IMG/VR virus record: IMGVR_UViG_2802429733_000002
Location: 1 to 64,000 of that record
Length of the DNA: 64,000 bases
Reading direction: 5' to 3' (one strand)
DNA from: a virus
Lineage: Duplodnaviria; Caudoviricetes
The notes under the pieces were generated by a model, which did not search any database, was not told the origin of the DNA, and saw nothing but the letters and a program-made list of their open reading frames with translations. Every line of letters begins with the position of its first letter. The first letter of the stretch is position 1. The position numbers and the translations under genes were made by a program. Of the stretch, positions 46,897 through 56,755 are shown piece by piece.

Positions 46897-47255
46897 CAGA
46901 CGAGAGCCGCGCCCCCGAGCAGAAGCTCGTAGGCGATGAGTTCCCCGGCGACCCGACGCTTCGTGTCATCGACCTCGTTCACGGTGAGTGTCGTGTTCCC
47001 GATGATGACCTTGTCGGACCCGCGACGGAATGGCAGCGGGAATCCTGACGCATGAAGGGAATCGCGCATGACGATCGCCTTCCGGTCGCTGAGGTTCACG
47101 CCGCCCACCAGCTCGGCTTCGCCGTAGCTCACGAGCCGGATTCGCACGGTCCTTTCGATCGGCGCCGCATTGGGAACGACGCGGCGAAAGGTGACGTTCT
47201 CGCCATGCGCCGCGATCTGGCGCGCATACATGGCGCGGGCGGCCGCGGGGGTCAT
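46896..47255 (-). CDS. Head-closure/adaptor protein
   Basis: Position in connector block; 119 aa. Confidence 0.6.
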   Translation of the reverse strand: MTPAAARAMYARQIAAHGENVTFRRVVPNAAPIERTVRIRLVSYGEAELVGGVNLSDRKAIVMRDSLHASGFPLPFRRGSDKVIIGNTTLTVNEVDDTKRRVAGELIAYELLLGGAALV

Positions 47256-47863
47256 GCGAAGACCCTGAGCCCTGAAAGCATCTGATCGATAGTCTTCGCG
47301 ATCACGAGGCCGGCAGATGGCGAGACGACATACCGGGTCGAGCCGACCCCATCGACATCCTCCTCGGCTATGAAGAGATTCTCGGCACCGACCGATTTGG
47401 CGTTGTTCACGCCCAGCACGATTGCCTGTTTCACCCTCTCGGGGACAGCCCCCGTCGTGTCGCCGTCGTAGCCGGCCCGATAGCGAATTCTCAGGTGACC
47501 GGAATCCGCGATTGTAGGCCACGACGTAGCCGGCATTACTCGCCATGACCGAAGCCGGACATGATCTTCCGGCGCGGAAAGCGTGCGCTCAGTTCCGTCT
47601 GGATCATCGTACTTGACCGAGAGCAGTTCGATCAGCGGCTGGTAGATGAAGCCCGGTGGGCCATAGGCCACGTCACAGGCGGTCAAGTGCAGTTCCAGGG
47701 TTTGCGGCCCAAGCGCCCGACCGAGCCAGCCCGTAGGGCCATCGATCTGCTCCGTCGCCGCCTGGATCAACGCCGCGACCTTGGCATCGTTCGCGACATG
47801 ATCGCCGGGCACCGCTTCCGGAGTAATGAGCGGCCCAGGAGGCGTGATGACGATGGTCCTCAT
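47252..47863 (-). CDS. Head-tail connector protein (gp6-like)
   Basis: [40 protein letters not shown]. Confidence 0.8.
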   Translation of the reverse strand: MRTIVITPPGPLITPEAVPGDHVANDAKVAALIQAATEQIDGPTGWLGRALGPQTLELHLTACDVAYGPPGFIYQPLIELLSVKYDDPDGTERTLSAPEDHVRLRSWRVMPATSWPTIADSGHLRIRYRAGYDGDTTGAVPERVKQAIVLGVNNAKSVGAENLFIAEEDVDGVGSTRYVVSPSAGLVIAKTIDQMLSGLRVFA

Positions 47864-49113
47864 CGGCCAGCAACCTTCGCCAAGAGCGGGTACAGATCGA
47901 CCGAAACCGTAGAGCCGTCGGCGTTCGTCAGCGTCAGGATCGCCTCGTCGCTCACGTCCAACCCGATGACAGGCAGGCCAGGTTCGCCCCGATCCCCTTT
48001 CTCGCCGGACTGACCTCTCTCCCCCGGAGCCCCGCGCTTTCCCTGCGAAGCAAGCAGTTGCCATCCATCGCCGGGGCAAGGACCGGGCTCATCTTTACGA
48101 GCAATGAAAGAACCACCGTTGAGCGCGACAACGTCGAGCGCCGAGTAGGAGGCGTCTGCTGCCCAGGTCCCGCGAATGGCGATGGATCGGCCAGCCTCGC
48201 CATCACGCCCGGACGCCGCGAGGCAAGACCAATCGGCATTTGGCGGCATCCGAGCCGTGTCGCGAAGCGCTTGGTAGGTCGCTCCGGACAACGTCACGAC
48301 GTCGGCCTCGTAATAGACGCGGTCTTCCCATTCGCGGGCGACAGGAAGTTTTCCCGGCGGGCCTTCCTCACCACGAATGCCGGGTTCACCCTGCGGACCC
48401 CGGTCGCCGTCGCGCCCGTCCTTGCCATCAAGCCCAGGCGCACCATCGAGGCCCCTCTCTCCGTCGGTCCCACGATCGCCTTGCGGCCCTGGGTCACCCT
48501 TCTCACCAGCCGGACCATCTCGGCCAGGCGGGCCACGTTCGCCCTGCTCGCCTCGCTCGCCGGGGGCGCCGTCGACACCATCCCGACCGTCCAGGCCGCG
48601 TTCACCTGGCGGGCCCTGACGGCCTTCTGCTCCATCAGCACCGTCCCGACCCACCTTGCCTGGAGGACCGCGCTCCCCTGGCGCCCCATCTGCGCCGTTC
48701 CGGCCGTCTACGCCGTCACGGCCTGGAGGCCCGCGTTCGCCCGTCGCCCCATCGCGTCCCGGAATGCCGGGCTCCCCTGTGTCGCCGCGAGCGCCAGGCG
48801 GGCCCTTTTCCCCAGCGGCGCCGTCCAGCCCATCTCGACCATCGGCTCCGTCGGTCCCTGGCTCGCCCTTCTCCCCGCGGTCACCGTCTCTCAGCGACGC
48901 AAGCCGCTCGTCGACACGACGTAGGATCTTGTCGCTCAACTCGACGTTCGACGCCCGCGACTCGGCGACCGTCGCGCGAAGGTCTGCAATCGTCGCGCGT
49001 GCTTCAGCCTCGATGCCCTCGCGCTCACGCTGCCATTGTCGGCGCTCGGCCGCGATGACATGCGCAAGCGCCTCCCGTAAGGCCGAACTAGGCGACGAGG
49101 CGGCCGAGTTCAT
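47860..49113 (-). CDS. Collagen-like (Gly-X-Y) protein with two CBM5/12-like repeats
   Basis: Long uninterrupted GXY run; then [21 protein letters not shown]...W and [22 protein letters not shown]...W. Confidence 0.8.
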   Translation of the reverse strand: MNSAASSPSSALREALAHVIAAERRQWQREREGIEAEARATIADLRATVAESRASNVELSDKILRRVDERLASLRDGDRGEKGEPGTDGADGRDGLDGAAGEKGPPGARGDTGEPGIPGRDGATGERGPPGRDGVDGRNGADGAPGERGPPGKVGRDGADGAEGRQGPPGERGLDGRDGVDGAPGERGEQGERGPPGRDGPAGEKGDPGPQGDRGTDGERGLDGAPGLDGKDGRDGDRGPQGEPGIRGEEGPPGKLPVAREWEDRVYYEADVVTLSGATYQALRDTARMPPNADWSCLAASGRDGEAGRSIAIRGTWAADASYSALDVVALNGGSFIARKDEPGPCPGDGWQLLASQGKRGAPGERGQSGEKGDRGEPGLPVIGLDVSDEAILTLTNADGSTVSVDLYPLLAKVAGR

Positions 49114-50491
49114 CCGCGTCCCGCAAGAGGTCGGCTCCGTTCCAGCCGAGGGCCTGATCTCCATCTTGTCCCTCGGTCTTGTCGTTCGCCGGAGATGGCA
49201 GTTCGGGCCCGCCAGGGGCTTGGGGAGCCGAAGGATCTGGAGGCCGCATTGCTGTGCCGTAGCTCAACGGCACGACCTGCTGCTGCACACGAGGCATCGC
49301 ACCGTGTCCGCCCGGCACTGCGGGAAGGTCTTCCTCGGCGCGACCCTCATCTGGGCTGTAGATGCCGCTGATCACGCCGCGAGCGAGCGCCTCGATCCGA
49401 TCCTTGTAGGCGCTACGCAACAGCGCACGGGTATCGAACTCAAGGTACTCGTCGGGCAGTCCGCGGAGCCCGAACAGGAGCCCGAAGGCTTCCTCGATGT
49501 GGTTCAGCGCAAAGCCTAGACCTGACGCGATCCACGACTGCATCAGCAGCTCGGTGGAGGCGAAGGTCGGGCCGCCGAGACCGAGCACCTGCAACGGCAG
49601 ACGGAATGCCATCGCGACGCTCTGATCGGTAATCTTGAGGAGGTCTGCGAGTTGGCCGTCTTGTGCGGCAGTCGTGACTGGCTTTGCCTTAAGACCCCAC
49701 GAGATGATGGGCGTCTTCCCTACGTTTTCGCCTTGCGTCTGCTCATCCCACCATTCCCGAAGGTCGCGCGACTGCTCGACCGTCAGCTTTTCGTCCGTCT
49801 CAAGGATGAACGAAGGTCGGGCCTGGTTCAGATAAAAGGCGACCTGTTGATTGAGCGCCGCATCCGACATCGCCCGCTCGAGCACGGTCGCGAGGATCGG
49901 GCTTTCACCCTTCAACGGGTGCCTCGGCGTATGAAGGCGGATGTGAAGGACGTCGCGGGCGGGGATAGGAAGTGAAAAGTCGTAGCGCCTCTCGAGGATT
50001 TCGTTTCCCGACAGGCCATAGAAGATCGATCCATCCTGCGCGACCAGCGGCTGGCCGCGGCGCATCAGGTGAAGTTCGCTCGGCTCTCCACGGTTGTTCC
50101 GGATCACCACGCCGAAGGCCTCGCCCTCGTTGTAAAGGCGGCGCGTCGCGTTCAGCAGCAGGTCCGACATAGACTGATAGTCATTCGGACGCTTCAGTAT
50201 CCGGGTCAGCGCCGACCCGGTGACGCGCTCGCGGCCGCCGTTGTCCAGCTTCCGCCAGTGATCACCGGGGCACATGGCGACGGTTTGCGAATATGCGGAG
50301 ACGCAGGCCTCCACCATTGCACTACCTTGGCCGTAGGGATGCAGACGGGAGCCGCTCTGCCACCAGTTCCAATGCTTGCCAGCGCCCGCAGACAGGATCC
50401 CATCGACCAGCATGTACGGGCCAGGGCGCGAACGTCCCTCGCCCGCACGTGCGGCAGTCGGCCGGAATATGCGGGTCAGCCAGTTGGCCAT
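49088..50491 (-). CDS. Portal protein, HK97 family
   Basis: [53 protein letters not shown]. Confidence 0.92.
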   Translation of the reverse strand: MANWLTRIFRPTAARAGEGRSRPGPYMLVDGILSAGAGKHWNWWQSGSRLHPYGQGSAMVEACVSAYSQTVAMCPGDHWRKLDNGGRERVTGSALTRILKRPNDYQSMSDLLLNATRRLYNEGEAFGVVIRNNRGEPSELHLMRRGQPLVAQDGSIFYGLSGNEILERRYDFSLPIPARDVLHIRLHTPRHPLKGESPILATVLERAMSDAALNQQVAFYLNQARPSFILETDEKLTVEQSRDLREWWDEQTQGENVGKTPIISWGLKAKPVTTAAQDGQLADLLKITDQSVAMAFRLPLQVLGLGGPTFASTELLMQSWIASGLGFALNHIEEAFGLLFGLRGLPDEYLEFDTRALLRSAYKDRIEALARGVISGIYSPDEGRAEEDLPAVPGGHGAMPRVQQQVVPLSYGTAMRPPDPSAPQAPGGPELPSPANDKTEGQDGDQALGWNGADLLRDADELGRLVA

Positions 50492-50497
50492 CGGGGG

Positions 50498-50776
50498 TCA
50501 GCGAGTCTCGTAGTCGACCGGCTTCGCCGACGTCTTCATATCCCGACGCGTCTGGCCGCCAGCGACCGAACGCTCCCGCATCTCGTCGAGGTCAGCCTGG
50601 GACGGATAGGGTTCGGGGGCGGTTGCGGGAGTTGCCTCGACCTTCGTCGCGGGTTCGGTAGCGTTCCCAGCAGCTTCGTCGATCCGCTTCTGCAGTTCAG
50701 CGGCGTCCCAGCCATTGAAGGCGTTCTTGCCCGTGGCTTCCTTGTAGGCCGCTCGCAGTGTTTCGACGTCAGACAT
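50498..50776 (-). CDS. Small hypothetical protein between capsid and portal
   Basis: GGAGG RBS; LRAAYKEATGK..F.GWDAAELQKRI. Confidence 0.65.
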   Translation of the reverse strand: MSDVETLRAAYKEATGKNAFNGWDAAELQKRIDEAAGNATEPATKVEATPATAPEPYPSQADLDEMRERSVAGGQTRRDMKTSAKPVDYETR

Positions 50777-50839
50777 TGGCATCCTCCTTGGTTAGAGCGG
50801 GGCAGCAGCGCCCCGCTCTCAATTCCACGACCGGTCAGG

Positions 50840-52777
50840 TTAGGCCGGCGCCCAATCCACGGCAGCGATGTGCTGGACCATGCCCTGACGGCGCATCGCC
50901 CAGGTCACGTCCATGATCATCCGCAGCGCGAGCTGCGCAGTCTGGAACATGCTCTGGGCCGGCGCGGCCGCCACATTCGGAGTGCCGGCAACGCCGATGT
51001 GGACCGGAGCGGTGTCCTCCATATGGAGAACCGTCTGCTCGCTGACGTCGAACTCGGGCGCATCCCCGGCCGCCGTCGCGAAATCCGCGGCGTCGATCAG
51101 GTAGACGTGACCGGCCGGGATCGTCGTCGAGCGGATGATCGTGAACTCCTCGAGGAATTGTGCCGCCCATCCGAAGCCGGAGGCATTCGGGCCGGGGGTC
51201 ATCTTCAGGAGACGGGCCTCCTTCGGATTGAGCAGCAGGACGAGGCTGCGTCCCGCGTTCGCGGAATCGAACGGCGCGGCCAGCGTGGCGATGTCTTCGA
51301 GGATCGCCTGATAGCCGCCAGCGGTCGAAGCCGTGAGCGCAGTGACGCCGTTGGTGAGGCCGGCCGGACGCGTCGCCGAGCCCGCCACGGCGTCGAGCAG
51401 GAGCGTATCGATGGTGATCGCGGTGTCGGCCTGGATCTCCTGGCGAAGCAGACCTTCGATCTGCGGGTTGGAGTATCGCGCGATCTCCCGGCTGAACACG
51501 GAGATGACGCCGAGCTTGTTCGGCGTCAGCGTGACGGAGGTCAGGCCCATCCGGCGAACGGGGATCGGCGCACCTTCCGCGACGAACGAGCCGCTGACGG
51601 ACGGCGTCGGAGCCCGGGAAGGCAGCTTGATCGCGGCGCGGCCGGGACCGAACGACAGCTTGGTGCCGAGCCCGGCAAGCTGGGGGTAGATCGAGATCGG
51701 CCGCAAAGACTCCATGAAGGCGCCCATTGCGGTCTCGACGAGCTCGGCTGCCCAGCCCGCAGTCGTGGTCTTGGCACCCTCGACAGCCGCGCGAACGACG
51801 ACCTCGGTTGCCTCGTGGCCGCCGTAGCGGTCCTCCATGATGCGGATCGCGTCCTTGCCAGTGGCGAACGCCAGCGCGTTGCAGACCGCGGCGCGGACGA
51901 TCAGGTCTTCCGGCTTCGGCTCGCGCAGGTTAACGCCGAGCGGCTTCCGCACGGACGGCAGCTTGGGCTTGTCGCCGCGCTGATCTCCGCCGCCATCAGA
52001 AGTGCGGCTGGCCAGGGCCTGCTCGGCCCGCTTGAGCGAGGCAAGCCGGGTCTCGCGCGTCTCGATCTCGGCCGAGAGCGCCTCCGTCTGATCGGTGTCG
52101 CCGCTGTCGTTGTCGAGATGGGCGGTGAGGGCGTCACGCGCCGCGTTCAGCTCGCTCTGCGCATTCTCGATGCGCGCGGAAAGGGTCGGGGACATGGATG
52201 GTGCTTCCTTGAGAGGGGGCAGGCCCACGCGGGATCGCTGCTCGTTCGGAGACTGGGCTTGCTCGCCCGTGGGCACGTCCCGTCGCTTCGTTCCGGCTTG
52301 CTCGCCATCGAATGCCAGGGACAGTGTTTCGTCGGAGAGGTTCATGGATCGGGCGACGGCGAGCGCATTCGCGTTGCCGGGCACCGAGACCACGCTGATC
52401 TCCAGCAGTTCTTGCTGCATGTACTCGTAGGGGTCGCCCTTCTCGCCGAGCTTGACGACGGAGAAGCCAACCGATGACGCCCGCAGGATTCCTTGCTCCA
52501 GCAGGCTCAGAAGCTCGTCGATCCGAGCGCTCGTTCCGCGAGCGGCGGGGACCAGCGTCGCGAGCACCTTCTCGCCCTCGACCCGGATGTTCTCCCAGCG
52601 CCCCATGACGAAGTCCGAGGCGTGGCCGAACAGCGCGATCGGGTTCTTCCGGAAGGAAGTCAGCAGCCAGCCGTTCGGGTTGATGCGGGTGCCGTAGCGA
52701 TCCCGGCTGCCATCGGAGACGACAAAGTCGTACCCCCCGCCGGGCGTAACCGCCTCGCGATGATGAACCTTCGTCAT
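50840..52777 (-). CDS. Prohead protease - major capsid protein fusion (HK97 fold)
   Basis: N-terminal DRYGTRI...NPIALFGH...MGRW...SSVGF...LLEISVVSVPGN; C-terminal capsid FVAEG.PIP, KLGVI, ALRMIMDVTW. Confidence 0.92.
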   Translation of the reverse strand: MTKVHHREAVTPGGGYDFVVSDGSRDRYGTRINPNGWLLTSFRKNPIALFGHASDFVMGRWENIRVEGEKVLATLVPAARGTSARIDELLSLLEQGILRASSVGFSVVKLGEKGDPYEYMQQELLEISVVSVPGNANALAVARSMNLSDETLSLAFDGEQAGTKRRDVPTGEQAQSPNEQRSRVGLPPLKEAPSMSPTLSARIENAQSELNAARDALTAHLDNDSGDTDQTEALSAEIETRETRLASLKRAEQALASRTSDGGGDQRGDKPKLPSVRKPLGVNLREPKPEDLIVRAAVCNALAFATGKDAIRIMEDRYGGHEATEVVVRAAVEGAKTTTAGWAAELVETAMGAFMESLRPISIYPQLAGLGTKLSFGPGRAAIKLPSRAPTPSVSGSFVAEGAPIPVRRMGLTSVTLTPNKLGVISVFSREIARYSNPQIEGLLRQEIQADTAITIDTLLLDAVAGSATRPAGLTNGVTALTASTAGGYQAILEDIATLAAPFDSANAGRSLVLLLNPKEARLLKMTPGPNASGFGWAAQFLEEFTIIRSTTIPAGHVYLIDAADFATAAGDAPEFDVSEQTVLHMEDTAPVHIGVAGTPNVAAAPAQSMFQTAQLALRMIMDVTWAMRRQGMVQHIAAVDWAPA

Positions 52778-52792
52778 CGGATCGATACTCCG

Positions 52793-54472
52793 TCAGGCCA
52801 CCATGGCGCGGACGTTGAGAACAGCGCCCGCCACGGGGTCTCGCGCCATGATGTCGACCGCGTTGAAGGCGGCGATCAGCGGATCGATCTTGGCCGAGCC
52901 GGAAACCGCCTTGGTGATCAGGATGGCGTTGCCGCGGGGTTCGACCTTCGCGTTCCCCACGCACCACGTCATGAGCGCCGATCCGTCGTGAATGAGGTTC
53001 CCGGCCGCCAGTTGGCGCTCGGTACTCTTGATCTTGTCCGACATGGTCCAGCCCTGCCGGACCGGCTCGACGCGCTCGGCGACATCGAAGCCGCGGCGCC
53101 TGATCTCGTCGAGGATCTGCACGATTCCGACAGGGTCGACACCGATCGCCCGGCCTTGCGCCAGAAGCCCGGACTGATGCACCTGCTCGATCACGTCCAC
53201 AACGCCGGTGACGTCCTCGTCGGAATCGTCCGGAAGCACCGTGAGCGTCTCCTCCTTGCGGAAGTCGATGAGCCGCGGCGCGATCTCCTTCCGTCGCGTC
53301 AGGACGCAATCGTGAGCCCAGGCCCGGCACCAGAGAAGCCAGCGCCGCGTCCCGCGCTCCCGGCCAAGCACGGCCAGGCCAAGCAGGTCGTCCAGCCCGC
53401 CACCGTCGATGCCGACTGCGACGACCTCGGATCGCTCGAGGAGCGCGTCGAGCGTAATCGTCCGATCTGCGGCCTTCAGCCAGTGATCGGCGCCAGCCCA
53501 GCGGTCGGTGCGCAGACCGATGCCGACCTCGACGTTGAAGTGCTGCGAGGCCAGCAGCGCGAGAGCCCCGATCCCCTCGCGCTCCGCCGCCGTGAGCTGG
53601 TCGACGAGGTAATCCTCTGAGACCGAGATGCCCAGGTTCGGGTTGACGAGCTTCCAGTTCTCCCGGCGCTTCCAGTTGTCGTGCGCGACGAGGTCCGCGG
53701 GCAGCTCGTACAGGATCGGCAGGAGGGCCATCTCGAGCTTGCCGTCCCGGACGTCGCGCGCCTTGGCGAGTTCGGCCTTGAACACTCCCGCGGGCGGCTC
53801 CTTGGACTGCGTGGTGATCTGCAGCAGGAAGCCATCCGGCCGGGCCGCGAGACCACCGCGGACCTCAATGAAGACCTGGTCCGCCTTCGCCATCGCCGCG
53901 AAGACGTGCGTCTCGTCGATCAGGACGAAGGTCGCCTTCGAGCCCGTGATCGCATCCGTGTCCGCCGCCTTGATCTGGATCTGCGCCAGCGTCCGACGAT
54001 GGGTGATCGTCTTGATGTGCTCCTGGATGTGGAAGAGCTTCGTGAGAGCCTGGTCGAGCCGGATGATGCCCTTCGCCTGCTTGAAGGCGATGTTGGCGAT
54101 CATCTTCGTCGGGGCGATGAGCAGCAGCTCTGCCTCCGGCCGCCGGTTCATCAGGGCCGCCGTGACGATGACCGCCGCGGCGATCGAGCTCTTCCCGTTC
54201 TTCTTCGGGATGAGAAGGAAGAACTCCCTGATCATCCGCTGCTTGAGGGCGACGTCGTAGGAGCCGAAGATCACCCTGACGAGATCGAAGACCCACGGCT
54301 CGCACACCTCGCCGTGCGTAGGGTTGCCCTCGATATCCGGCACCCGAAGACGCTTGAAGATGCGGAGAGCCTTCTCCGCCTCGTCCTCGAAGATGGGCAG
54401 CGGCGGGACCAGCGACGTCCCGTTCCGAATGGCCGACTCCCAATCGGGGTTGGCCGTCCGCCAGAGGCTCAC
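52793..54472 (-). CDS. terL: Terminase large subunit
   Basis: Walker A IPKKNGKSS, Walker B LIDETH, ITTQS, nuclease GIDGGGLDDL and KIDPLIA. Confidence 0.95.
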   Translation of the reverse strand: MSLWRTANPDWESAIRNGTSLVPPLPIFEDEAEKALRIFKRLRVPDIEGNPTHGEVCEPWVFDLVRVIFGSYDVALKQRMIREFFLLIPKKNGKSSIAAAVIVTAALMNRRPEAELLLIAPTKMIANIAFKQAKGIIRLDQALTKLFHIQEHIKTITHRRTLAQIQIKAADTDAITGSKATFVLIDETHVFAAMAKADQVFIEVRGGLAARPDGFLLQITTQSKEPPAGVFKAELAKARDVRDGKLEMALLPILYELPADLVAHDNWKRRENWKLVNPNLGISVSEDYLVDQLTAAEREGIGALALLASQHFNVEVGIGLRTDRWAGADHWLKAADRTITLDALLERSEVVAVGIDGGGLDDLLGLAVLGRERGTRRWLLWCRAWAHDCVLTRRKEIAPRLIDFRKEETLTVLPDDSDEDVTGVVDVIEQVHQSGLLAQGRAIGVDPVGIVQILDEIRRRGFDVAERVEPVRQGWTMSDKIKSTERQLAAGNLIHDGSALMTWCVGNAKVEPRGNAILITKAVSGSAKIDPLIAAFNAVDIMARDPVAGAVLNVRAMVA

Positions 54473-54924
54473 TGCATCGTCGCTCCGGGCACCTCGAGGT
54501 CAGTCCCCCAGTCGGTGCCCTCGGCCGCTGTGACGGCCTCCTGCTGCGCGATCTCCTTCTTGCCGAGCTTCGGTGGCTTCGGCGCGGCCGGCTGTTCGGC
54601 CTTCGCGCCCCCAAGGAAGTCCTCCTCAGCCTCGGCCGCCTCCATGTCAGCCTTCAGCATCTTGACGGCCCAGCTCTTGCCGGCCCGCGCCTCACGCCAG
54701 ACGATCTCGTTCAACTCGGCCCGGCGACGATGCCGCCCGACGCGCAGGGCTCGGCCGTAATGCTTGAGCAGCGTCGTCCGCGAGAGGGTCAGCCGCTCGG
54801 CGATCGCCTCATCGGAGATCCCGCAGGCCTTCATCTCCTCGACCCGCTGCACCTTGTCCGGGTCCATCTTGGACGGGCGACCGCCCTTCGACCCGGAGCG
54901 CCGGGCCCGTGTTCTCATCGGCAT
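54469..54924 (-). CDS. terS: Terminase small subunit
   Basis: GGRPSK, HTH (GISDEAIAERLTLSRTTLLKHY), directly upstream of terL. Confidence 0.75.
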   Translation of the reverse strand: MPMRTRARRSGSKGGRPSKMDPDKVQRVEEMKACGISDEAIAERLTLSRTTLLKHYGRALRVGRHRRRAELNEIVWREARAGKSWAVKMLKADMEAAEAEEDFLGGAKAEQPAAPKPPKLGKKEIAQQEAVTAAEGTDWGTDLEVPGATMQ

Positions 54925-54927
54925 GAT

Positions 54928-55269
54928 CTACGATCTCTGGCGGGCGAGCCGGGCTCGAGCCCCCTTCAGCGTGTTGTGCTGGACGCAAAGACATTGCCCA
55001 TTGGCTGGATCGAACGGGTTGCCGCCGTCCTTCACCTCGACGATGTGGTCGGCCACCATCCGGTCTCGCGGCGCGGCCTTGTCGCAGCCCTCCGGCCACT
55101 GGCACTTGCCGCGCGCTCGCCGGATCACCGCAGCGGACCAGCGCCGATGCTCCGGCGTCCGGTAGATCGCGTCCGCGACCTTCGGTGAGGCCGCGAGCCG
55201 AGGCGTCGACGGCGTCAGGCGCGGCGCCGAGGCGGTCAGCCGCGACCCGCTGGGCCTCAGACGAGCCAT
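54928..55269 (-). CDS. Terminase-associated HNH endonuclease (HK97 gp74-like)
   Basis: CQWPEGC...ADHIVEVKDGG...NGQCLCVQHN upstream of terS. Confidence 0.9.
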   Translation of the reverse strand: MARLRPSGSRLTASAPRLTPSTPRLAASPKVADAIYRTPEHRRWSAAVIRRARGKCQWPEGCDKAAPRDRMVADHIVEVKDGGNPFDPANGQCLCVQHNTLKGARARLARQRS

Positions 55270-56005
55270 GGGAACCTCACGACGGCTCGATGCAGAGCGC
55301 CGCTCTACCGATTGCAGCTATGGGTCAGTCGGAACCAACGCCATCGGGGCTCGAACCCGAACGTAGAGGACAGGCCGTCGCCAGCCGTGCCCCGTCACGC
55401 TCCGCATCGAACTGGTGAACTCGTGCAATTTCTGCACGGGTTGGATGAATCGAGCAGGCCGGGCTCTCTCGGCTTGTAGCGCGGGGCCTATCGGATGTTC
55501 GGCCCAACTTGGAGCGGGTTCACCGCCGTCAATGCGCGCGCCGCGCTTCCATCAGCGCCGCTGCTCGAACTGTTTCTCGCGGGCTGGACCGCTCGCTTCC
55601 CACCCCGGCTTGGATCAGGCTTCGGTGGTTCAGCGTCCAGCACCGAAGTGCTGCCTACCACTCCCAGCCATCACCTCACGGGCCTAAGCCTCGTCCGTCC
55701 GCCGCGAGAACTCGTAAAGCCTGAGCCGCTTTCGTTTAGAAGCGGGGGAGGCTTGGAAAGGATAGATGCGGGCCGGCCTCGACAACCGGCTCATCCCCGG
55801 GGGAAGGATTCGAACCAACGATCCCGGCACGTCGTACAAAGCCGGTGGCATAGCTCACCCAGGAGGGTGGTTTCCGCTTGCCTACCCCGCAGATGCCGAG
55901 GGTGACGAACCTCTCGGGACACGCCCTTCCGTGCTGCCGCATCTCCGATCCGGCTACAGACTAAGGCTCGACCGCGCAACGGTCCGCCAACTGCCTGCCG
56001 TATCG
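55270..56005 (-). ncRNA. Candidate large structured ncRNA (GOLLD-like) downstream of tRNA cluster; ends approximate
   Basis: No credible CDS; many nested 5-9 bp helices, a crossed helix pair and several T-loop-like hairpins. Confidence 0.55.
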
Positions 56006-56008
56006 AAC

Positions 56009-56085
56009 TGGTAGCAGGTGCCCGAGTTGAACGGGCTTGGTTCTGGTTATGAGCCAGACGAGATGACCGCCACCTCCCACCTGCG
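56009..56085 (-). tRNA. tRNA-Met(CAT), initiator-like, phage-encoded
   Basis: TCTGG-CTCATAA-CCAGA anticodon arm; GCCCG-TTCAACT-CGGGC; C1-U72 mismatch; encoded CCA. Confidence 0.8.
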
Positions 56086-56091
56086 ATAAAC

Positions 56092-56166
56092 TGGATCGGG
56101 ATGCTGGCTTCGAACCCGCATCTCCGGAGCCAAAATCCGGCGTGCTGCCTATTGCACCAATCCCGA
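56092..56166 (-). tRNA. tRNA-Gln(TTG), phage-encoded
   Basis: TCGGGAT/ATCCCGA acceptor; CCGGA-TTTTGGC-TCCGG; TTCGAAG T-loop; CCA. Confidence 0.88.
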
Positions 56167-56187
56167 GGGATCAGCGCTGCTGTTGAG

Positions 56188-56266
56188 TGGTCGGGCCGGC
56201 CGGATTCGAACCGGCGGGCTCCTCTGTCCGAGAGAGGCGGGAACGACCTGACTTCCCCACGCCCCG
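56188..56266 (-). tRNA. tRNA-Pro(CGG), phage-encoded, atypical
   Basis: CCTCT-CTCGGAC-AGAGG; GCCGG-TTCGAAT-CCGGC; one G-G in acceptor; CCA. Confidence 0.82.
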
Positions 56267-56358
56267 AAGGGCTGGGTATGGGAGGCCTTCACGTTCCTTC
56301 ATGCCGGCCTCCTGTCGATTGTCGCGGCGCCCCAAGCGCAGAAATCAGATGTGCGCCT

Positions 56359-56408
56359 TTCATATCCGCTCAATCGCAGGCGTCAACGTTGATAAGCGCT
56401 GTTTATCA
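56359..56408 (-). promoter_or_regulatory. Putative sigma70 promoter for the tRNA/ncRNA transcript with adjacent inverted repeat
   Basis: TTGACG-N16-TATGAA on minus strand (56386 to 56359); TGATAA-N7-TTATCA at 56390-56408. Confidence 0.4.
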
Positions 56409-56473
56409 TAGACGGCTACATCGATCATTTCTCATTATCGAGAAGCCGCACGGCAAAATCCGCGACAAAGTGT

Positions 56474-56755
56474 TCAACGCCGGTTTCGAGCCGCCCTCGC
56501 AGTACGTCCGAAGGGCGTGAAGCGGACCTTGCGCTTGCCCGACGCTCGAATGCGTTCGCCGGTGCGAAAGTCCAAAGCATCGCGATCCGGCATTTCTTTA
56601 ATCGCGAATTTCCCGAAGCCAAAAATACACACCTCGCCATCGCGACTGATCCCGGCCTGGATCTGTCGGAAGCCGGCCCGCAGCACGCGCTCGACCTTAG
56701 TCCGCGGCCAGCACGTCTCCCGCCGCACCGCCTCAACAAGCTCCGGAAACGTCAT
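56474..56755 (-). CDS. HU/IHF-like DNA-binding protein
   Basis: MTFPELVEAV...GEVCIFGFGKFAIKE...DFRTGE.I....KVRFTP; GGAGG RBS. Confidence 0.88.
   Translation of the reverse strand: MTFPELVEAVRRETCWPRTKVERVLRAGFRQIQAGISRDGEVCIFGFGKFAIKEMPDRDALDFRTGERIRASGKRKVRFTPFGRTARAARNRR

Noticed and set aside
47860-49058. Several long overlapping ORFs in the collagen gene
   Set aside because: Artefact of Gly-X-Y codon periodicity.
50069-52477. 802-aa plus-strand ORF
   Set aside because: Antisense to capsid and portal; no recognisable motifs.
18670-56212. Host tRNA-Pro(TGG) and phage tRNA-Pro share 24/25 nt at their 3' ends in direct orientation, suggesting attL/attR
   Set aside because: Both are full tRNAs with different anticodon arms, no integrase lies between them, and phage genes continue past 56.3 kb; ordinary tRNA-Pro conservation explains the match.
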